Below, piece by piece: positions 52,837-64,000 of a stretch of 64,000 bases of DNA. The DNA comes from Cetorhinus maximus. Taxonomy: Eukaryota. Position numbers and translations under genes: made by a program. A model generated the notes under the pieces. That model saw nothing but the letters and a program-made list of their open reading frames with translations. It searched no databases and was not told the origin of the DNA. Every line of letters starts with the position of its first letter. The first letter of the stretch is position 1. Where the stretch lies: contig NC_135887.1 of the NCBI RefSeq assembly GCF_964194155.1, forward strand, positions 21,204,001-21,268,000. The letters run 5' to 3'.

Positions 52837-53640
52837 TGCTAAAAAAAGAGACATGTCTAAGCTTTTTGTCTTGTACTCATCAGAACACTCACAAGAATAC
52901 CGATATAAGGGGGAAAACTTCAATTTATACTATATGCGCAGAGAGTGCTGATTGGTTGGCAAGCAGCATTGCCATGGAGAATCACTGATGGTGATTGACA
53001 GTTAAATTTCAAACAAAGCTTGGCAATTAAACCAGGCAGCTTGACCCTGATTGATCAAGGCGTTTCCCTGAGGAAGGAGTCAGTGAATGGCTGTCACTTA
53101 CTTTGTGAAACTGAAATAGGCACAATGTATGTACATGTTCTTTCTGTCTGCGATTGGACAACATTTGATAAATAATCCTCAGTGTGCTAAGAATTATACT
53201 GACAAACAATTTACGATTGTCAGTTGGGCTCGCAATATGGAGCATTTGTGTGTACTCGAAGCTACATATATTAATACACAGGGCCCTGTTCTTTGCAGAC
53301 AGAAAGAACATGTACATACATTGCACCTGTTTCAGCTAAACAAAATAAGTGACAGCCATTCGCTGACTCATTCCGCAGGGCAATGCCTTGACCATGCAGG
53401 GTCAAGCTGCCTGGTTTAAATTTCAAACAGTGCTTGGAAGTTAACTGTCAGTCACCATCAGTGGTGCACTCTCCATGGCAACGTCACTTGCCAACCAATC
53501 AGCACTCCCATAACACAGTATAAATTGTCGTTTTCCGCCTCACATTGGTATTCTTGCTAGTGTCCGGATGAGTGCAAGACAAAAAGTTCAGACATGTCTC
53601 TTTTTTTCAGCATCAATCAAGTTCTGTACTACCAAACAAC
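52837..53640 (+). mobile_element. Penelope-like element (family P) 3' end with about 315-bp inverted terminal repeat
   Basis: SAIGQHLINNPQCAKNY..F.IVS.AR..HLCVLEATYINTQGPVLCRQKE (GIY-YIG C-terminal region); arms 52837-53151 and 53295-53612. Confidence 0.85.
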
Positions 53641-55329
53641 CGCAAGAATACTGTTCATGCAAGCAAAATAAGCTTTGAATTGGGAAGATTTGTTTTAAGT
53701 TATTCTGATTCTTGTTTAGTTTATCCATTCGCTTCCATTCACCATTCACAAAATAAACTGTTTCTGTTCCATGCCAATTTTAAAATCTTGCACTTTATGT
53801 AATTTTTCAAACTTTAAATGGTGGTTCTTCAAGGTAATGACTCCACTGTATATTAATTTGCCAACTTTCTCCCCATCTTCAGTCTTGAAACTATTTGCAG
53901 TTTGCTACTTAGAGTTCTGCCTGCATTCATTGGATGCCCTCCAACATTCCAGGTGTGTGAACCCAGACATTGTGTGTTGACAAGTTATTCAATGGTAGAA
54001 GCATTGCAGCTGACCTTGATTCTCCCTTCATCCAACAGTTACAGCAGGGATTACTATGTAATGATTAGAAGCAGGAGCCTTGTCTGATTTTTTTCTCTCT
54101 CTCTCTCTTCTTAAACATGCCTATTTAAAGCACCCCTATTGTTACTCTGGCTGAATTCACTTACGTAGCACAGACCAGGAATTGAATTGAGATTTCCTAA
54201 TTTATACTACCATAATAAGCTCAGCCATCTAGGAGCCCATTATACTGTAGTTTTATGGAAGTTGATTAGAAAGGATATTGCCAGAATTCCTACGTCCAAG
54301 AATTGCAAGTCAGAACAATGATAATTGTTCCCAATCATTGTCATGCTCCTGTAGTGAGATGCCACTGAGTCACACAAGGACTCATTTGGTTTAACACACA
54401 AGTTGAAATCTTTTTGAGATCAAGCCTGCTATATTATCAACAGTTAAGTCTGAATGGATAAAGCTCCATTGTGGCTATCAACACTGCAAAGAATAGGCTT
54501 CGTACCCTTATTATTCTGTGAGTTCTCCTATCCTGTTTTAGTCCATTGCTGGGTGAGGAACTGAACAAGACATTCTTATGATAACTCCTGCCAAAGATTC
54601 TTTTTAAGTACTATTTTTTTTAGAGAGAAGCCAAGTTTTGAATGCCAAACGCAGAAACCAATGCTTTATTTTCTTATACTATTTACACCACTGGAACTGG
54701 TTAACTTGGCAAAAATCTAATTGGATGCCTTTTTTATTTGATTTCCACCAAAGAAATGATAATGGAACACATTCCAAAATAAGAGAATTACTGGTTTAAC
54801 ATAGAATTGCTTTTGACTTCAGATAAATGTTAAACATTCAAGTAAGTTTATACATTCACACATTACTTTCAGAGCTTGACATAAGATTTCTCTTTTGGTT
54901 GAATCAAATTGTCTTTGGTATTACCATCTGAGCCAATGGTTCACATAAAATATGGATTCCACTATAGTATGTAATTCTCATAAGCATGCATAGAAGAAAG
55001 TGAAAAGGCAGATTGCTAATCAATGACACAATTATTTTTGGAAATATTGGTTTCCCTTCAGTGCCTTACTTTTTGTTAGAGATTTTGGTTTCACTCTTGA
55101 TTGGGTAGTTCAAAGGCTAATTGAGGATGAGTGATTTATTCATGTACTGCAGAAGTGCAATTAGAGGATTTTTTGCCAGTCCCCCTTTAAAAATCCAAAG
55201 TTGACTATGTATTATGTTTAAATGTGGCAGTTTCTTTCTGTCTCAGAACCTTTACCTATCTATGGTGCATCTTCTGGTTTTGGGCAGGTATATAGGTATA
55301 AGACAGCTCTATTATTTATTATGATGCTC

Positions 55330-55765
55330 ATTGCACTAGCTCAGGCAGGTTGCCTTTATGTCAAGGGGGTTGGAATACAAAGGGCAGGAAGTTATGCTTC
55401 AGTTGTACAGAGCCTTGGTCAGCTCCAATTTGATCAAACACAGCAACAACAGCCTTTTGGGGAGTGAGTTCCAGGTTTCCACTAGCCTTTGAGTGGAAAA
55501 ATTGTTTCCTAATTTCACTCCTAAATGACCTGTCTCCAACTTTAAAACTATGCCTCCTTGTTCTAGATTCCCCCGCCAGAAGAATTGTCTTCTCTATCTG
55601 CTCTATTGAATCCCTTAATAATTTTAACTACCACAAATTGTTCACCCTCTCAACCTTCTAAACTTGAGGGAATACAAGCCAAGCAACTTGTTCTCGTAAC
55701 CCTTTAAGCACTGATATAATTCTGGTGAATCTACACTGTACCCCTTCCAAGGCCAATATAAACAG
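55330..55765. mobile_element. Decayed CR1 3' fragments in opposite orientations
   Basis: Plus piece ggaatacaaagggcaggaagttatgcttcagttgtacagagccttggtcag, followed by minus piece LGLYSLKFRRLRG. Confidence 0.65.
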
Positions 55766-56834
55766 GAGGAATAAGCATCGTGGGCCAAGATATTTTTCTT
55801 ATTCCCGTCTTTTATATTTTTAAATAGTGCTACTGTGGTCAATTTTTGCCTCTCCTCAAGAGTGCCAACAAACCACACTTGAAGACTATCTTAATCAATT
55901 TTCCATTTTTAGAGCATTCACAGGTTTCTGCTAATTGTCAGCTAGCCTTCCGAATCTCTAAAATGCACTTTTTCTACATTTAGTTCTCACAGTTGACCAA
56001 GACAAGGTACAGAAATTCTTTGACTTTGCACAAGTTAAATTGTATCTTTACCAGCTTATAACGCCAAATATCCAAAATGTTGAACCACAAACAGTTTTTA
56101 AAATGGTGCATAACACTGCTTTGACGTGAACAGTGTCTAGCTACATCTTTTAAAATTTGATTTAAAGTTTTAAGTCTAAGCTTTCAAGCTTAGAAAGCTG
56201 CCAGTATGGTCAACCAGTGTTTCAGCAATTAAGTCAATACTGAAGATATTAGAAGAATGAGCATAAAGCCAAAAATAAATAATAATAATAAAGCAACCCT
56301 CATGAGCACATTGTCATTTTGTTTACAGGTCATAGGCATCAGGTTGCTTATAGTTTTTTCATGGCTGCTAACCAAGTCAATTTGGCTATTGGCAATTATA
56401 GCTACTGTGGCTAATTATGGCAGCTAGTCAAAACAATTAACTTCATTCTTTGAACTGTCAGGTTTAGCATGACATATCAGTAGACTTGAGGATAATTGCT
56501 TACTGTTGTAATTCAGTTTGAGGTCAGTGCACATTATAGTGACATAGACATATGACTAGAGCTCAGATTTAATACTAGCAGACCAGAAATGTATGATTCT
56601 ATTTCAGTTTTGCTTTTCTTCATTCCAACTAATTACTACAAAATGCTACTTGTAAGTAGCAACAGTTTATTTTCTGGGTATGCTACTGATTGTCAGGCAT
56701 GCCTTAGATGTTTTAAAATATGGACATATTTAATACATGGATGATATCAAAGTTTAAGCAAAATTACTTTGGATATCATTACTGAAAATAATAGATAATG
56801 GGACATTTGCAACTAAAATAGATATAGAACTGAT

Positions 56835-57545
56835 TAAAAAAAAAAACAGAAAATGCTGAATGGTTGCACAGCATCTGTAAAGGGAAAAGATGGGTTGTTG
56901 TTTTGAGTGTGAGTTCTCCATCAGAACTGAACTGGGAGATGAGCAGTTCCTTTTTGGGAGACCAGAAAGAACGAAGGCTGAAAATAACAGATAAAAATCA
57001 ACCACTGGGTGTGTTAACTTCCACCATAAAGAAACAGATAATGAGAAGGTCATTTCAGTCAGGTAGTGGAAAGGCATAAGTGTGGGACAAAAAGAACTCC
57101 AAAATGCAGAGGATTGAAATGAAAGATGAATGGGAGAAATTGGTGGGAAAATTGGGGATGCGACTAGGGTCTGAATTTACTAAAGTCTTGTTCAGGCTAG
57201 AGGATGTCAAAGATCAAATGGCATTCCTGAAGTTTGTATTTACTTTGGTTAAAACATTGTTCCCACCTTGGGTCTCTCCAATGTAAATGAGAAGAATAGT
57301 TCAAGTGGCATGCCACAGGGCAGTCAGAATGATCATTGTGGTTGGCACTGAAATTTTCACTAAAGTGGCAGACAATCTATGTTTGGTTTCCCAATTTAGA
57401 AGAAACTGCACTGTGAGCAGCAAATATTATACACTAGTTGCAGCAAGTACATGTAAGTTGCTACTTCACATGGGAGATGTGTTTTGGGACACACTTGGCA
57501 ATGATGTGGAAACCAATGAATGAACATATTTTGTATCTGCTAAGG
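56835..57545 (-). mobile_element. Old Penelope-like (family N) fragment
   Basis: aaaacagaaaatgctgaa..cagcatctgt terminus; weakly colinear with 57900-58597. Confidence 0.55.
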
Positions 57546-57901
57546 TTGTTTCTATGTAGTATACTCATTATGTTTAAGGGCTAGTTAAACTCCACTTTTG
57601 GGCATTCAAAACTTACGTAGGAGTTAACTGTTGAAACAACTGGGTCATCCTACATGACAATTGTTGTTATGATGGAGGGAGTGTGAAGGAAGCTCCAAAC
57701 CATTGGTACATTCACTCAATTCTGCTGCACACAGGCCTTGATTCCTCCTGCTTCAAATAAAACCAGCCTTTTTGTTTTACATTTTATATTAGTTACACCC
57801 CTCTTTGCCATTGTTGTCTTTTAATTGTCACATTTAATATTATGATACATATAAAGATTAATATGCTTAGAATATTGCTGTACTAAACATTAACTAATGT
57901 T

Positions 57902-58597
57902 AAAAATAAAAATACCTGGAAAAACTCAGCAGGTCTGACAGCATCTGCGGAGAGGGACACAGTTAACGTTTCGAGTCCGTATGACTCTTCAACAGAACGA
58001 AGGAAAAATAGAAAAGAGGTGAAATATAAGCTGGTTTGGGGGGGGACAAGTAGAGCTGGATAGAGGGCCAATGATAGGTGGAGATAGCCAAAAGATGTCA
58101 GAGACAAAAGGACAAAGAGGTGTTGAAGGTGGTGATGTTATCTAAGGAATGTGCTAATAGGTAACATTAAGGGTAGAAAGCAGGACGAGCAAGGTACAGA
58201 TAGCCCTAGTGGGGGTGGGGTGGGGAGAAGGGATCGAAATAGGCTAAAAGGTAGAGATAAAGCAATGGATGGAAATACATTTAAAAATAATGGAAATAGG
58301 TGGGAAAAGAAAAATCTATATAAATTATTGGAAAAAAGGGGGGTTCGGAAAGGGGGTGGGGATGGTGTTGAACTCAATATTCAGTCCGGAAGGCTGTAAA
58401 GTGCCTAGTCGGAAGATGAGGTGCTGTTCTTCCAGTCTGCGTTGAGCTTCAGTGGAACATTGCAGCAGGCCAAGGACGGACATGTGGGCATGAGAGCAGG
58501 GTGGTGTGTTGAAATGGCAAGTGACAGGGAGGTCTGGGTCATGCTTGCGGACAGACCAAAGGTGTTCTGCAAAGCGGTCACCCAGTCTGCATTTGGT
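57902..58597 (-). mobile_element. Young Penelope-like (family N) 3' fragment
   Basis: Minus strand encodes LEEQHLIFRLGTLQPSGLNIEFN; terminus with hammerhead-like motif at 57961-57998; flanks taatgttaaa/taacgttaaa. Confidence 0.88.
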
Positions 58598-59634
58598 AAA
58601 TAACGTTAAATGTACCTTTTCCTCTTCCCGATTTAGTTTTGTTAATAAGCTGTTTGGATTTGAAACTTAGTGCTTTGGCTCCAGATCAAAGTTTTTAATG
58701 ATTGTCTGGATAGTTTTAGCTAAACGTAAGCTATAAAATGTAAGTGATACTTTAGTTGTTGGGTTTGCAGAAATGGTTTTGTATTGTTCAAACTGTTTTA
58801 AAATTAGTGTCATATTTTTGATTAACTTAAGAGGTTTTTGAAATTTAGAAAATTGTATTTAAATGTTAGGCGCTGCTGCATTCCCTGTTCATTTTTCCTT
58901 GATGAAATTTCCTATTAATAAGTTATCATACAAACATGCTGAATCTCTGGATTGATGCCAGTGCAAATGGCTAAAGGTTGATAAAATGAGTGGTGCACTA
59001 TTAGTTGGGTGGCAGCATTCATTAAGAAATCAATCATCTCCGTATTTCACCCTTTGCAAAACAATGGATTAACCCTTTGAGGATTAACTTTGAAAGTATA
59101 TTGGATGCTCTTTTGCTACCAGTCATTAATTTGAGGAGAAAAAGTGGTAGGTGGCATTCAGGCTTTTAGTCAGAACTGTTACTAGTTACCCTGGAAATTC
59201 AAAAGAAAGAGAATAAACCTGTGTTTCATTTGTTTGATTCTTTATTACCTGTTTGTAGGAATTGCATTTCTGCTTTAGTAAATTAGAGCAAATGTATTTT
59301 GGCCACCAATTTTTCCTGCAACTTGATCTCTTATCAAAAGCATTAACTCATTGCCATGCTGTGACTTCAAAATCTGCATCTGCTACACAACATATATATT
59401 CAACTGATGTCACAGTGCCTTTTACTGCCATTACTTTGCATTGTGGAAACTGCTATGTTTTTAATTGAGAAAATGGCTCCAATGGTTTGAAGAGCTGATT
59501 AGATCTACAACAGTGTCTGCTTTTGTGATTAGTTTTAAGAAGCTGTACTTATAACTCTCTTTCCTTTCACAAGTCGGAACTGTCTCAGAAGCTTAAAAGA
59601 AAAGCATCCACGCAATCGTAGATGCTGGTCTTCA

Positions 59635-59910
59635 GCCAACTCGATTCACTGCACATATCATTATGAAACAACTGAACACACTAGACCTAGCAAAGACTTT
59701 GAGCCCCAACAGCATCCCAGCTGTAGTACTGAAGACCTGTACTTGAGGACAAGCTAGACCTCTAGCTAAACTTTCCCAGTGCAGCTACAATACAGAATCT
59801 GTCCAACAATGTTGAAAATTACCCAGATATGTCTTGCCCGTAAAAAAATAGGGTGATACTTTGCCAGCTGGATTTCTCCTATCAGCCTTTACCCAGTCAT
59901 CAGCAAACTG
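59635..59910 (+). mobile_element. CR1 family B RT fragment
   Basis: Colinear with 42258-42530 (cttcagccaactcgattcac...aacagcatcccagctgtagtactgaag). Confidence 0.7.
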
Positions 59911-60439
59911 AAGAAATAACAATGCTAGAGAATACTGTACAGGAGTGCTCGAAGTTGGTGTTTTATTTGTAGGTATATGTAGAAATACTGATAATACTGC
60001 TTTGGGGGAGAAGGATAAGATAAAATCAATGTTTGTATCTCTGGATAAGTGATATTTTGATCACTTTTGGTATTTGGCTTTCAGTTTGTCACACTTGATT
60101 ATTTTGTCTTTTGTTTACAGTTTTGTTCGACACGAATTGCTTAATGATAGTTGACATATTGCACACTAGGTTTATGACAGCTGGCAATTTTGAGGACCAA
60201 CGCCACTACATGACTAGCTGGTCTCAGACTTTATTGTACCTCATTGGTTACTTCATATAGGGGAAAAAAGGTAATTGATGATCTAAGCATTTGACAATGG
60301 TTTGGTGCAATGCAGACAGGTTGAATTTTGCCACCAAAATATGACTAATTTTAATGACGTCCTTGAAAGTCCTAGTGAACTACTTGAAGAAAATTCTGAT
60401 TGTAGGAACACTGAGTGAGCTTAGTTTTCCAGTGGACAT

Positions 60440-60715
60440 AACCTCTGCATGAGCATTTCACCTAGTGCCATTCTCCTGCCTTCTCCCCATAATCCTTAAG
60501 ATTGTTTCTTTTCAAATAATCATATAATTCCCTCTTGAATGCCTCGATTGAACCTGGCTCCACCACACTCTTCAGGCAGTGCATTCCAGACCCTACCTAC
60601 TCACTGTGTGAAAAAGTTTTTTCTCATTTCGCTTTTTCTTCTTTTGCCAGTTTGCTTTTTCCTCTTTTTCCAATTACTTTAAATCTGTGCCCTCTCGTTC
60701 TCGATCCTTTCACAT
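60440..60715 (-). mobile_element. CR1 3' fragment
   Basis: cctcgattgaacctggctccaccac...aatctgtgccctctcgttctcgatcc. Confidence 0.75.
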
Positions 60716-61739
60716 AGATCAACAATCGTCAAAGTAGACAGTCTCACGTTCCAACATCAATATCCACTCTTTGCTGAATATTGCCACACACATACCCTTT
60801 TTTCATAGGCTTTTAATGAACAATCTTCCCACTTCCAACAATGCTTCTGTGTATAAGGCACAATTAATATAGTTTGTGTTATTTTTAATGTTGGTGAGCC
60901 AGTATTTCTTTTTTGATGAGCGCATAACTTTATCATTTCCCAGTCGTTCTGTGGCTTTGATTTTGAAACCTCAAAGCAGAAATAAAGAGCCCCAGAAAAT
61001 CTTAATGGGAACAAGCAAAATAAAGGTACAGACCTGGAATCAAGATATGAAAATGGTCTGTTCTCAGTATTGACCTAAATAACATACTGAGCTAGAGGAG
61101 CTAAATATCTTTTATCCCAAATGTTATTTTCTTTATATTCAGAATGTCGCTTTTTTATTATAAAACCAAGTTTAAATTCACGTTTATAAAAGTGTTGAAA
61201 TGCAATTACACATTGTTAAAGGACATCAAAATTTTTAAAAAGCAGAAATATTGCCAAGTAAACTAGTAAATAACATTTGAAGCTTTGATTTTTAGTGTTT
61301 TAAAACATAAGACCTCAAAACTGATTTGAATTAATTTATAATATTTAAAAGGAATTGGTTCAATATGTATTGAGAAGTTGGGTGGAGAGTTATGCATATT
61401 TTACACACTACTTGACTTTTTCGGGGAGGTCGGGGAAGGAAATGGTTTACTAAAATGGGAGACATCAGGTGATTTGGGAGTGAAGTCAATGATAGAATAA
61501 TCATTCATGGACTCGATGCTTTGGGTTCAATAGGTTGAACAGCCTATGCTCTGGATTTTCGTATGTTCTGAACTGCAAAAGACTGACACTTATGGATACA
61601 GTTATGGAACAAATTAAGATTTCTTTATTCAAAGTGATAGAATGAACAAATTTTTAAAAATATTGAGTCTCTGTCACAAAACTGCAACTGCGATCCTCAG
61701 TAGATTAATATGATATTTTCTTACTCGGGGTTATTCACA

Positions 61740-62940
61740 CGTTCAGTATTGCTGAAGCTGCTGAAAGAGTTGTGAATTGTTGAGGTGCTTTGCTGCTGTT
61801 GCTTGTAGCTATTCCTACCAGTAGATCTGCTGTCATGTTATGTCACGCTCATCCTTACATATCCACTGTAGCTCATCTGCAACCACTCTGAGACATCCAT
61901 CATCCAACTAGGTTGACCCCTTTTTCTGCTGTCTTCCACTTTGTCCTCTAGAAGAGATCCCTGTAGCTTTTCAGCTCTGATCAAATGTCTGAAATACTGA
62001 CATTTTCTTTTCTGAGTGTCACTTTTTAAGAGTTCTTTTTGTTCTTGCAATTTCAAGCACCTCTTCACAATTCTTATAGTCTGCATATGGAATTTTTAGT
62101 GATACCTTAGTATCCACATTTCAAAGGCCTCTATTTTCTTCCACAGATCTTTATTTATTGAGACATACAGAAAAGTGAATAGAATGTAGCATCTTATGAG
62201 TTTTATTTCCTTGTTACAAGCTTGAGGGTTCTTGTTGTTAATACATCCTTCATCTTCACATAATTACTTTTGGCTATCTCTATCCTTCTAATTTTGACAT
62301 TGCATCTACCATCTTCAGTTATCATTTCTTGACAAACTTATCTATTTGTTCCAGTGTGACATCATCCACTTCAATCTTCACTCTTATTTCTTCTAATGTG
62401 TTCCTTCTCACTACCATTGTTTTTGTCTTTGGTGTTCATGCTCAATCCACATTCTAAACTTCTAGATTTTACTTGATCTACAATATTTTGTAGGGCCTCT
62501 TCAGATTCTGCAAGTAGCGCTGTGTCATCAGCGTACGGCAAGTTGTTATGTACTTGCCTTCAATTTTTACCTCTGGAAGTACATCTAATTCTCCGAATAT
62601 TTGTTCTGTGTACAGATTGAATAATTTTGCCGACAATACTTTGTCTTGTCATAATCCTCTCCTCGCTTAACATGTCTGATTGTTCCTTTTCTAGCCTGGT
62701 GCTTGCTATTTGGTCTATGAAGCATATATGTATGTTCTTGTTTACTCCTAGATATTATCGAAGATTGTTCTTAGGTTAAATACTCCCTCTTTTGTTTCTA
62801 CTCCAGGTCTAAATACAGACTGTGTTTCACCAATTTCTACTTCAAATATGTTATATTTTCTTTTCTATTATGATTTTCAAGAGCAGTTCAATGAAATGAC
62901 TTGTTAAGCTTATGGTTCTAAATTGATTGCATGTCATTGA
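61740..62940 (-). mobile_element. RTE-clade LINE RT fragment
   Basis: Minus strand NLPYADDTALLAESE (about 62500-62545) and KRKCQYFRHLIRAEKLQGSLLEDKVEDSRKRGQP..W, a typical RTE C-terminus. Confidence 0.8.
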
Positions 62941-63274
62941 GGTGATTTAACAAATAAATTATGGCATTAAGCAAACTAAATCCTATAAGTAATTGTTTAG
63001 TATTTTAAAATTCTGTATGATGTGAGTTTTTTGCTATCTTCATTGGAAAAAAATAAATTGAATACATTAGTAAGAAATTTTTAGAAAGAGGAAGAGAGGA
63101 GTAAGATCCTGACATGGAAATGGCAGGAGAAAGTGTATGAGATGCACTAGAGAGTGTGGACGAATGTAATTGTACAACAAAGATAATTTAACTATTTTTG
63201 TGTGTTGGAAAACATAGAACAACTAGTACATATTTTAAATAAGTATTAAATTTAAAACAGCAAATGAAGATATA

Positions 63275-64000
63275 GAATAAGAACAAAAATAGTTGGAAAA
63301 ATTCAGCAGGTCTTGCAGCATCTGTGGAGAGAAACAGAGTTAACAGACGGAATCTTGTTGTGGTGTTGCGGGGGTGGGACGGAGGTGTTTCGCCAGCCAG
63401 CTGAATAGCTGGCAAGAGGCCCATGTTGCCTCTTTTCAGGAAGGCCCGCTGAACCACACGGAAGGCAGTGGTGAGGCCACTGGTGGGCCTTCCTGTGGAA
63501 TCAAGACCCTGAAGGTGGAAGTCCTGCCTAGCAAGAGCTGCTGACCAATCGGAGACCATCATCTCTTGCGCTCAGCAGTGCTATTGGGGAGGCTGTGGCT
63601 GCTGCTGAGAGGACACCCCCAAAATCCCAGGATCACGGAGATCCCAGACTATAGTTAAGTGATGTGGGGGGATCAGAAGCAAGAGCAGGAGGCTGTCTCT
63701 CAGCAGGCACCCTGCGCTCCCTCCTGATGTCCAATCCCTCAATCAGGCACTGATTGCCTTTGATCAAAGGACCACCAACCCCCTGCCTCCCCACTGAGGT
63801 GACAAGTGTCCCGCACAGGTTCACTTGTCATGCACACCGCAGGGTGACATGCCCACTTGCAGTTGGGTTAATCCCAGAAGAGGCAGGATGAGGCCCTTAA
63901 GTGGTCATTAATTGGCCACTTAAGGGCCTCCATTGGCATTAGGGCAGGATGGTTGACCATTGGCCTTCCCGCCCAGAACTTCTGCTGTCACTGGTGGAGG
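63275..64000. mobile_element. Penelope terminus (63275-63343) followed by a GC-rich family H-related DNA element running off the window
   Basis: ggaaaaattcagcaggtcttgcagcatctgtggagagaaacagagttaac, then GC-rich sequence with palindrome ggcccttaagtggtcattaattggccacttaagggcc. Confidence 0.6.

Overview
Eukaryotic (vertebrate) genomic DNA, most likely a cartilaginous fish (inferred from the repeat complement: esterase-type CR1 LINEs, SacSINE1/DeuSINE-like SINEs, Penelope-like elements). The only host coding sequence I can support is two + strand internal exons of the FANCJ/BRIP1 Fe-S DEAH helicase gene (24275-24434 and 26209-26330). Their sizes match human exons 15 and 16, and the second has a non-canonical GC splice donor. 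The rest is intron, dense in decayed and nested transposons: two CR1 families, L2, RTE, two Penelope-like families carrying minimal hammerhead ribozyme motifs, solo LTRs, SINEs and a multi-hairpin non-autonomous DNA element family. The most notable oddities are an 8x155-bp tandem array of tRNA-derived Pol III SINE heads with paired GAAA hairpins, hammerhead-bearing foldback Penelope remnants, a SINE-head/LINE-body chimera and a PITX/TCF/SOX motif cluster that may be a Tbx2/4-landscape enhancer. Most short ORFs in the supplied track are transposon fragments or noise. Repeat boundaries were read by eye and are approximate.
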